This document shows positions 24,896-35,150 of a stretch of DNA of 64,000 nucleotides, piece after piece (the first letter of the stretch is position 1; every line of letters starts with the position of its first letter). The position numbers and the translations under genes are program-made. Under the pieces are notes generated by a model. It did no database searches, was not told the DNA's origin, and saw nothing but the letters and a program-made list of their open reading frames with translations. This stretch comes from Octopus bimaculoides (Eukaryota), in assembly GCF_001194135.2 (NCBI RefSeq), contig NC_069004.1:732054-796053 (forward strand). Reading direction: 5' to 3'.

Positions 24896-25853
24896 GTTCA
24901 GATATTCTACAGAATGCCATAACAATCTCTGGTATGTTAGCTTCTGATCCAACACCAGAGAATGTGAAGGAACTGTCTAATGATAAACAACAGAATGCTC
25001 CTAAGAAACCAGCCTCTGTGGAACTTGTTGCCGATAAAAGAACTTTAAAAGATGGCTCCTTTGCTAATTCTTCACCACTGTCATCTTCTTCACCACCACC
25101 ATCATCACCTTTATCACCACCACCACCATCGCAACCATCATCACCACCACCTTCATGTTCACTTTCTACTCTACCATTGTCATTGTCACCATTATCATCA
25201 TCATCATCAACTCCAACAACAGCAGCAGCTTTAACAACATCTACAACAGGCCCATTGACAGAACTGACCACAACTACTACCACCACCACCTCTGCAACCA
25301 TATGCCTCTCTGAAAAACCTGCAAGGGATCCATCATTATTATCAAATACTCAATCACCTGACGAGACCAAACAGTCATCTGCAGAATGTGTATCTGTGTT
25401 AGAAACGGGCCCTAGTGTTGATGTGGCCCCTTCACCTTCAACTCCTGTCTCTCCTTCCACCACTGCCACCTCCACCACCACCACCACCACTGCTGATACA
25501 ACCACTACTACTTCTGCTGCCTCCACCACCACCACCACCACATCATCATCATCATCATCAAATCTTCCTGTGAACAGTCTCTCTTTATTTACCCCCTCTT
25601 TCACCACCTCACCCAGTCTGATCACCTCAGTGACCCAACCCAACTTTTACAGTATGGCCGGTTTGGCATTCACCCCAACAAAGACCTCGCCTAATATTTA
25701 TCGAACTCCAGTGAAGTCTTCCTCTCAGAAAGCTCCCCAACATTTGTACGAAACATTAAATACTCCCGTCCGAGACAGAGATGCCCCCTTCTTTGACTCG
25801 CTGACTCCTTCGAAACAACTGGAAACGGATTATGCAAAATCAAAACGGAAACG
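24896..25853 (+). CDS. NPAT: NPAT exon 5 (Ser/Thr/Pro low complexity, CDK-site cluster, KRKR)
   Basis: 958-nt open exon, phase 1/2, within ORF 24808-25863. Confidence 0.85.
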
Positions 25854-25974
25854 GTATGTATAATAATCCAATACGATGCAGGTTTTGGACCTCAGAAGTT
25901 CACTTGTTTGCGACATGTTTTAAACCACCATCATCATCATCATCATTATTGCTATTATTTTCAATTTCTTGTAG

Positions 25975-26083
25975 ATGTCCACCGGAGAAAAGACCTCTGG
26001 ATATTTTCACTGCTGGACCTTCCCAGTTACGAGCGGATTCCAGTAACAGTCAAGACGGTTCTTATAACAAAGATTCTATTCCG
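25975..26083 (+). CDS. NPAT: NPAT exon 6
   Basis: 109 nt, phase 2/0, TTGTAG acceptor and GTAAGT donor. Confidence 0.8.
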
Positions 26084-26343
26084 GTAAGTGAAAATTCTGC
26101 TTGTTTTCTGTTGTTTCCATTGTTAACACTATGTGCTAGAAGAGAGTATTATGCTGGGTGTTTCAGCTAAATTTTTTGTCAACTCTGAAAGGCAAAGTCA
26201 ACTTTGGCAGAATTTTGACTCAGAAAGTAAAGGTGGACTAAATACCACCAAGCATTTTGTTTGTTATGCTAACGATTCCACCAGCTCATTGTCTTTATGC
26301 CATTTGTCATTATTAACACATCTTTTTTTGTTTTGTTTCACAG

Positions 26344-26523
26344 ACATTTGTTGAAAAAGTTATTTCTGAGACCAGCCTAGCTAAAGCGCTGGCTGCCAAC
26401 ATCAACAAGAAACTTTATGGTGATTCAAAGTTGGATTTAGCATCAAAGAATGGTGAACAGAAACAAGTGGAAGAAAAACAGCCTGCAGACTGTGATAAAC
26501 TAATGGCTGATATATTATTGACT
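26344..26523 (+). CDS. NPAT: NPAT exon 7 (TFVEKVISETSLAKALAANINKKL)
   Basis: Aligns with NPAT EKILSNKSLQEKLAENINKFL. 180 nt. Confidence 0.88.
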
Positions 26524-27041
26524 GTGAGTATAACAAAGTTCTGTAAAAGACAAAAAGTGGACTAACTTTTGGCTCTTGATGAAATTATTTACAAGTTTTG
26601 AGGGTTTATTATTGCATGGTGCCAAAATTGGGAGCTGACAAAGGTGTCCTCTTTTTTTTTGTTGTCTCTTCCTTTTTCCCCACCAGATTTGTAGATCCTA
26701 CAAGAAAAAACAACTCATGGATGCTGCATTTCCATGTCTAACTAAGCCATAAGAAAAGACAAAAAAAATATTGTAGTTTACCAATGCATTGGTTTGTATT
26801 TGTACTTTGCTGAAAATTACAACTTACAAGCAGTGATGTTGTGTCTCCTGGCAACAAATTGTCCATTGGGTTTGTGTCTTTAAAGATATGTGAAGTAAAA
26901 GATCCCCTACTTGCAAAACAAGTAATGCTTCAGGGCATCTGGCTGTTAAACAATAATTTATTCAGTTCTATATTCAAAAGATGCGGAATTATGTACATTA
27001 TTTACATTTGATGGATATTTGTCCTCATCTTGTTTGTTGTT

Positions 27042-27087
27042 AACACAACGCTTCGGCTGATAAACCCTCCAGCCTTCATCAGGTGTC
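27042..27087 (-). ncRNA. Minimal type I hammerhead-ribozyme-like motif (degenerate) in a SINE/Penelope-type tail
   Basis: Minus strand reads GACAC-CUGAUGA-A-GGCUG(loop)CAGCC-GAAG-CG-UU-GUGUU. Stems I and II pair and the CUGAUGA core is intact, but GAAA is changed to GAAG. Confidence 0.6.
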
Positions 27088-27412
27088 TTGGGGAAATTTC
27101 GAACCTGGGTTCTCATTCCTAAGGTATTTTTCGATGTTATTGTTATTATAATTGGTTAAGAGCGTGGGCTACTAACCCCAACATTAGAGTTCGATTCCAG
27201 GCAGTGACCTGAATAATAATAACAATAATAATAGTAATAATAATAACAACAGCAACATTGAAAAATACCTTAGGAATGAGAGCCCAGGTTACCATATTTC
27301 TGTTGAAATACATTGCCTTTGTTTTAATTCTGGCTTGGAATATTAAATGATGGTGATGATGATGATATCTGTGAAAGTGCTAAAATGTTTTGTTTTTAAT
27401 GAGATCTCTCTC

Positions 27413-27459
<47 letters not shown>

Positions 27460-27464
27460 TCTAG

Positions 27465-27564
27465 GACTTCCATATGACCAAAGATGACATTGAAGAAGTT
27501 ATCAACCAGACAAGCAATGATGGGATTCCAGTTCTTGATGATCTTCTCAAACTGTTTACATCTG
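27465..27564 (+). CDS. NPAT: NPAT exon 8 (DFHMTKDDIEEVINQTSNDGIPVLDDLLKLF)
   Basis: Aligns with NPAT HMSEEAIQDILEQTESDPAFQALFDLF. 100 nt, phase 0/1. Confidence 0.88.
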
Positions 27565-28159
27565 GTATAATATTGGACTGAATTTTTATTGCTCTTTATT
27601 AATTTCGTTAAGTATTTCTATTGAATTTCTTTAAATATTTCTTATTAAAAAAATGACACAAACAAACAAAGGAATTATTGTTTTTAAATCAAGAAATTTT
27701 TTTATTAATTACACATTTTAATTTTATTTTAAAAACCTACATAGTGGGAGTTAACTTGTCAATGATACCATGAGAGAGGTTAGTTATATAAGGCAGTGGG
27801 TTTGCAGAATGGTTAGCAGCATTTCATGTCTTTATGTTCTGAGTTCAAATTCCACCAAGGTCAACTTTGTCTTTCATCGCTGCTTCTAAGTTATGTCTTA
27901 TACATGCAGCTTCCTTTTTTTCCCCCCTTCTAGCGATTCCATCAATTCCTAGGGATATCTGAAGAAGGGATTTTATTCCGAAATATCATATCAGACTTTG
28001 GATGATTAAATTACAACAGTTATTACAACAGTCCATTGTTTGTATTAAAGTGCATTGTTGTGTCATTCAAAACATTTTATTCTTTACAAACAATACACAA
28101 TGCTTCAAGCAAACTACAATACTCTCTTATTTGATGGTTTTTTAAAAATATTTTCCCAG

Positions 28160-28333
28160 TTTCTGATGAAGGCATCTCTGATGATAATTCTTATCAAGGT
28201 ATTGAACTTGAAGAAACCAATTCTTATTCCAGTCATCTTCACAAAGACACTGGACAACGGTCAAAAATGTCTTCTCTTGAGAATGCCAATGCCATCCATA
28301 CCAGTTCTTCCAATGATGAAAATAATGAAAACC
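28160..28333 (+). CDS. NPAT: NPAT exon 9
   Basis: 174-nt open exon, phase 1/1, CCCAG acceptor and GTAAGA donor. Confidence 0.78.
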
Positions 28334-28751
28334 GTAAGAAATTTCTTTCCTTTTTTCTTTTCTTTTCTTGATTGTGTTTTTGTTCAAATTATTTTTATGT
28401 GTTAAGGACATAATTTTCATCCCTTTCTCTGAATCTTGCTGACCCAAGCAGCCATTGTAGATGACTCTCTGCCAGTTTTGACAATTTGTATTTCAATAGT
28501 TTTTAATCCTGTTGGGTGTCCAGACATCCTCCTCACAAAAGTAGGAAAGTATTCAAGTTGGGAATCGGTTTAGTCACTGACCACTTGACCATGGTACCAG
28601 TAGCAGGTCCTCATCAGCCTATGATGAGATCCCTGGGACAATATTTTGGCTCCGTCTTCTCTACCGTCTGTATTTTCTCGTGTGGGTGTGTCTTCACCAA
28701 CAACTTCTCTCACTACTGTATTTTGATTATTTAATATATAATACAAAATAA

Positions 28752-28972
28752 GGCGGAGAGAGCTGGCAGAATCGTTAGCATGCCAGGTGAAATGCTTAAT
28801 GGTATTTTGTCTTTCTTTATGTTCTGAGTTCAAATTCCGCCAATGTTGACTTTGCCTTTCATCCTTTCGAGGGTCGGTAAATTAAGTACCAGTTGCATAC
28901 TGGGGTCGATCTAATCGGCTGGCTCCTCCCCCAAAATTTCAGGCCTTGTGCCTAGAGTAGAAAAGAATATAT
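28752..28972 (+). mobile_element. tRNA-derived SINE, family B; other copies near 6335-6480(+), 10590-10790(-), 16640-16910(-), 26133-26290(-), 27790-27880(+), 48060-48290(-) and 56229-56430(-)
   Basis: tRNA-like head GGAGAGCTGGCAGAATCGTTAGC...CTGAGTTCAAATTCCGCC and conserved body GACTTTGCCTTTCATCCTTTCG, recurring across the window. Confidence 0.85.
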
Positions 28973-29029
28973 AATCCAAAATGCTTCACATAAAAAAAAA
29001 AAAAACTTTTTTCTTTTTCTGTTTTGAAG

Positions 29030-30646
29030 GAATAAATCGGAAGGCACCAAGCACATTCTTACAAATTGTTGATAAACTTTGTCCAGATGAGTCCAGTTCA
29101 CATTCTCAAGACAATTCTTTAGACCAGAATTCTATTGAGGAAAAACAAGATGATGAAGTGCCGTCAACTTGTGATATTTCTAGCCTAACAGAGAATCAAC
29201 CTGATGTCCAAAATGTGGAAAGTTCCAGCAAAATCAGTGAAACTGAGTCTGAACATTTACCTGCCATTCAAAATAAAAGCAAAGATTCTAAGACTTGCAA
29301 AAATTTCACTTCAATCGAAGGAAGAGAAGGCAATTCAATTCAATCTCCAGTTTTACATAACCAAGTTTCATCACCACAAATGTCTGCTGCAGTGGGTGTG
29401 TCTTCTACTGCAGTGGGTGTGTCTTCTACTGCAGTGGGCGTGTCTTCTACTGCAGTGGACATGTCTTCTACTGCAGTAGGTGTGCCTTCTATTGCAGCAG
29501 GTGTGTCTTCTACTGCAATGGGCATGTCTTCTACTGCAGCAGGCGTGTCTTCTGCAGTGGGCGTGCCTTCTACTGCAACGGGTGTGTCTTCTACTGCAGT
29601 GGGTGTGTCTTCTACCACTACTTCTCTCTCTGCTAATACAGTAATACAACCTACTGATGATGTAAGAGACTTCTGTGAGCAACTCTTAACAACCAACACC
29701 TCAGCAGCATCTCCTTCGTCCTCTTCTGTACAACAGAGTTCCAATTCTTCAACACAACTGAAATGTCCAGTGAAAACAATCGCAGTTGCACGTCTTACAT
29801 ATACATCAGCTTCAACTAGCGCTGCAGAAGGAACTACTTGTGTTGCTTCTAAAAGCAATTCTTTGAAAGCATCTGTTGCTCTCCATTCTGTGCCAGTGGC
29901 ACCGATCGCAAATAGTAATTTACAAGTTCTGTCTCACACAAAAGACACATTAGGAAACAATGTCCCTTTCCCATTGTCCCTTCCATTTCAACCAGTCCAG
30001 TGTTTGACCTCTACACTAGTCCCTTCAACTAATCCCGCTTTCGTTTTGTTAACTCCTTCTAAAATACAACCACCTTCTGCTGACAGTAATTGTGAACAAC
30101 CAGTTCAAAAAGGTGCCAGTGAAATTACCAACACCCTACCTGTAGCTCCACCCCCTAATTCCTTTCCATCAAACGTTCATGTTGTGAGACTGCAGCCTAA
30201 CAATACCCTACAACCTTCATCACTAAATGCTTTCTCCTTAAAGAATGTGCCTTCTGCAGTGAAATTGATTGATCAGTTACCCAGTGGAGCCCCTAATTAC
30301 TCGAATGTGAATGTTGCTGTCACAACAGCTGTTGTACCATCTCAAGTAACATCTGCAATTTTCAACCCTGTCCTATCCCAACCTTGTATTACCAATATGA
30401 TATCGTCTCGACCGATTACATCATTTATTCCTGTTAGGAATTGCATTCTGCAATCCAACCAAACGGGAATTCGCAGAGTTTCAAAAACAGACAGCATTAA
30501 AAAGAGGAAAAGTCGACAACCAACAGACACATCTTCAGCAACGCAAACGAAATTTCAACCAATTGCTATGATGAAGCCACCTGCAAGTGTAATTCCATCA
30601 AAAGTCATTACGTTGAGTTTACCAGTCGTTTCTGAAGAAACCATTG
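29030..30646 (+). CDS. NPAT: NPAT exon 10 (large, includes an 11x 7-aa repeat)
   Basis: 1617-nt open exon, phase 1/1, within ORF 28981-30675. Donor G|GTAAGT. Confidence 0.85.
29383..29616 (+). repeat. Coding 21-bp minisatellite, ~11 units (STAVGVS)
   Basis: Unit TCTACTGCAGTGGGTGTGTCT with point variants and one in-frame 3-nt deletion. Confidence 0.95.
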
Positions 30647-31794
30647 GTAAGTTCCATATTTCTCTCAAGTTTTGAAATAGATTCTTCCTGAATCATACAG
30701 ACTCAAAAGAGCAACTTAAAAGAACATAATGCCTTGCCCAGTCCAGGAATTGAAACCATAATCTTATGTTCATGGTTCCAACACTCTAACCACCAAGCCA
30801 TGTACCTCCACAAAACTTTGAAATGCTGTAAAAGAATTTTCTTTCTGATGTTTGAATGTTTTCAGTGTCAAGTCAGCGTTCATGATTTTCCAAGCTTGCT
30901 TCCCAACCGAATGGTTTTGGGTTCAGTCCCATTGCATGACACCTTCGGCATGTGTCTTCTACTATGGCCCTAGGCTGATCAATGCCACTATCTACCTGGA
31001 AACTATGTGGAAGCTTGTCATATATGTGTGTGTGAGTGTTTGTGTCTGCTCCTCTTGGTTGTTATTCTTTTCCAATCTTCTGTGACTCCATGTCTGGCCA
31101 TGAGGAAATATTACCTCGCTTGGAAACAGTGAGGGTTGGCAACAGGAAGGGCACCCAGCTGTACAAGATCTTCCTTAATAAACTCCATCCAACCCATGCC
31201 AGCATGACAAAGTAGATGTTAAAGCAATGGTGATGGAGAAAACATTGCCTTCCATCATAATTTTGTAGAAGAATTTCTTGTTAAGTCTGTTCCAAATGGT
31301 AATCTATGACAGGCGTGGCTGTGTGGTAAGAATCTAGCTTCCCAACTACACAGTCTCAAGTTCAGTCCCTATATGTGTGTGTGTGTGTGTCTTTGTACCT
31401 GTGTTTGTTCCCCACTACTAACTAGTGTTGGTGTGTTTATGTCGCCATGACTTAGTGGATTAGCAAAAGAGACTGATTGAATAAGTTCCAGGCTTAAAAG
31501 AAATTGAATTAAAAATTGGGGTTGATTCATTCAACTAAAAATTCTGCAAAGTGGTGCCATGGTGCCTCAGCATGGCCGCAGTCTTATGATTGAAACAAGT
31601 AAAAAGGATAAAAGATGATATGCAAATTAGTGGCCCCAGTTCTCTGGATCTATTAGATTTGTGCTGCTCGTTTCTCTGGGATTGGTCATAAACACCTGAT
31701 GAGACCCAATCACAGGTAAATTTCCCCCGTTTGTTTGCCTTCTCTGTCGGTTAACATTTATAGAATAACATTTTTTCTTTTCTTTGGTTTACAG

Positions 31795-33239
31795 TTTCCC
31801 ATCAAAAGGAAGACAAGAATATTGTTCTGGCTAGAGCTTCTGATGATACTTTAACAATTGAAATGAAACCAAATACAGACAACATTATCTTGAAGATGAA
31901 AAACCAACAGACAAATAAAATATCAAGTTACTCGATGGATGCCAAAAGTGTTCGTGAGCAACTTAGTAATTTTATTGGGACACCAATTCTAACAGATTAC
32001 ATTCTGAATTGTATGTCTAAAATAGAATCTGCTTCCATTCACAACTGTGACAAGGAACCGTTGCCAAAAAGACTGAAACCGTTAACTTTGGCTTCAGCTT
32101 CTGACTCGGATCCAAAATTTTCAGAATTAAGAAATTGTGGCATTTCTTCCACAATGGGTGATAGTGTTGATTCTGTTCATCTGGATGATGGAGGCAAAAT
32201 TGTTTCAAAAGCTGGTCTTGATGCTACAGTTTGTAATAATAATGTCAGAAGTAATGAGAGAGAATCTACGTCTGTTGATGGTAACAAAAGTACTTTTATA
32301 ACGATGGACCGAGTAGGCAACTGTAAAATGGCTTCACATATTTATCCGAGTCAGGGGTTGATTAACAGTGCCAAAACCCAATATCTTTCAAGGACAATTT
32401 TAACAGGGTCAAGAATAGGACAGTACACCAATACTTCTTGTCACATGTCTGGACTTGTAGGACGACCTTTAAGAAAGATAGTTAGTGGGTTCCGGCCTAA
32501 GTCTGTTATGGGAGGTGGCGTATCCACATCAGAACCTACTGACAAAATGGTCAGCCAAAAGGACAATGCTGCAAATGTTGATGTTAACCCCGAGATAGGG
32601 GATCATCTTATCGAAGAAGATGAACAGGTGGCTATAGACATTCTATCGACTCTACGCTACAATTGTAGCAAGTCTTATGAAAGTTCATTGACGCCATCTT
32701 CACTGTCAGCAGATTCTGCTGATATTAACATCACACAACAACACCACCACCACCACCAGACATCAAACATTAGAACCAAAACAACTACCACCGCATCTTC
32801 TAAATGTGCCAGTCCACCATTAAATCTAAGCGACACTGTAGGTTACGTGCATCCGCCAGTGCGTTTTACTAGTCCACTGCAGCCATTTGCTCTTTTGCCC
32901 ACATCACCACTGACCACTCCTAACAAACAGACTTTTGCTACCACCACCACCACTACTACTACTACCAGTATCACCACTGCCACCACCACAATCACCACCC
33001 CCACAACCTCATCCTCAACAGATAAACACAACTTCAGTCATAGAGAGGTGCAAAGGCAAAGTGTGAAGAAAAGTGTCAGAAAGAAAAATAATAATAAAAA
33101 CAATGAAAATGTAAAGAAAAAGAAAGGAATAAAAAGGAAACTTTATGTTGATGATGATGATAATGATAATGATGATGATAAGGAGAGGAAAAAGGGGAAC
33201 AGGAAGGAGTGTGTAGAATCCGAGATTTCATTAAGTAAG
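31795..33239 (+). CDS. NPAT: NPAT exon 11 (last exon I can place)
   Basis: 1445-nt open exon, TTTACAG acceptor phase 1. Probable donor AAG|GTAAGA at 33239. The 11 exons total 1778 codons. Confidence 0.75.
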
Positions 33240-34354
33240 GTAAGAAAGAGTTTTATTATTTTATTGGTTTCAGTCAGAAGGCTGAGGTCATACTGGGGCA
33301 CTACCNNNNNNNNNNNNNNNNNNNNNNNNNNNNNNNNNNNNNNNNNNNNNNNNNNNNNNNNNNNNNNNNNNNNNNNNNNNNNNNNNNNNNNNNNNNNNNN
33401 NNNNNNNNNNNNNNNNNNNNNNNNNNNNNNNNNNNNNNNNNNNNNNNNNNNNNNNNNNNNNNNNNNNNNNNNNNNNNNNNNNNNNNNNNNNNNNNNNNNN
33501 NNNNNNNNNNNNNNNNNNNNNNNNAACAGTCCAACCCATGCCAGCATGAAAAGCGGACGTTAAACGATGATGATGGGTGGTAGATGCAGACATGCCGTTT
33601 GAAATGATTGCTTCTCAAGCTCATGGTCCCAGGTTCTGTCTCACTGCATGGAACCTTAGGCAAATGTCTTTTCATTTCACCCTCAGGATGACCAGAGTCT
33701 TGTCAGTGGATTTAGTGGATGGAAATTAAAAAAAAAAACCCTGTCATAGGCACAGGAGTGGCTGTGTGGTAAGAAGCTTGCTTCCCAACCGCATGCTTCC
33801 AGGTTCAGTCCCAGTGTGGCACCTTGGGCGACGGTCTTCTACTATAGCCTCTGTGTCTGTGTTTGTCCCCCACTGTCACTTGACAACTGATGTTTGTGTG
33901 TTTATGTCCCCATAACTTAGCAGTTCAGCCAAAGAGATTGATAGAATAAGTCTTAGGGTCGATTAGTTTGACTAAAGGTGGTGATGACTGAAAGAGAAAA
34001 AGACGAACACACACACACACACACACACACAGTGCGAAAATAACTGCATGTAAATATTGTGTTGAAAAAAAACCTTTGGATAGTAAAAGTCGATGGCAGC
34101 CTTCAACTTTTTCCATCCAATAATCACATGGTGATGATAGCTCTGTATGTGTGTCCTTCGAGATTTGCCAAAAAGGAATTAATTCATATTCTCTTGAAAG
34201 TTTATAAAATTCCTATGATGTCAACAATGTGTGTGTGTGTGTGTGTGTGNNNNNNNNNNNNNNNNNNNNNNNNNNNNNNNNNNNNNNNNNNNNNNNNNNN
34301 NNNNNNNNNNNNNNNNNNNNNNNNNNNNNNNNNNNNNNNNNNNNNNNNNTCAAC

Positions 34355-35150
34355 TTACCATTTTATGTCACTTTTAATGTCTTCATAATTCACCACTGGG
34401 GCGCTGGGTTCAATACTCACCACGGACCCCAGTGGATTTACATCTGAAGGAAAAGCTTCTTTCAGAGTTCTATAATTTCCTTCCTCCATCAAAATACATC
34501 TCATATCCTTATCATATCCCTCTGAAAGATTCACCCTAATAATCCATTTCATTTTCGTTATTTTCCTCTCCAGTTTTGGGGTCGTATATGTCACTAAAAA
34601 AAATTTGTTTCTGTGTACGTCTTGTGTGTCTGTTTTTATGTTTCTGTAACTCTGTGTTATCAGGTGTTTGTCTGTCTGTCTATATTTCTGTGTTTATGTG
34701 CCTGTGAGACTATGTTTGTGTGATTCTAAGTCTGTATGTTTGCTTGGTGTTGCTGTTCTGCTTGTGGCATTTTTCTTCGGTGATCCCAACGGCGTATTGC
34801 TTCTATTTGTCGTTATTGATTGGTCCACTCCCCCACCCCACTTTATGTTTCTTCTGTTGTTGCTCCGTTTTAGGTGCTGAACTCCTCCTCTCCCTTGCTT
34901 TAGTCTCCTGTGTTCTCTTCCACATCCTGGGTCCTCCTCTCCACTTCCATTACGTCTTCTTGTGTTTCTATTTTTGTGGACACCTTCTAATGTGCCCCTT
35001 CTCTCCACACTCATAACACGTTGGAGGCCTCCTATCTAATATTACATCTAGTTTGTCCTCATTGGGCAGCTCCAATGTTTCTGCTATACCTTCGTACTCT
35101 TTTTGATTCACCATAAAAATTATTTCTACCTCATACCCCCATCAATTTAC
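34355..35150 (-). pseudogene. Decayed LINE ORF1-like sequence related to 3234-4417
   Basis: Minus-strand LDVILDRRPPTCYECGEKGHIRRC aligns with LIVFVDGRKPRCFNCGLKGHIRSEC. The downstream segment YTTPKLERKI...NYRTLKEAFPSDVNPLG resembles the ORF1 C-terminal part of the 4 kb copy. Confidence 0.7.
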
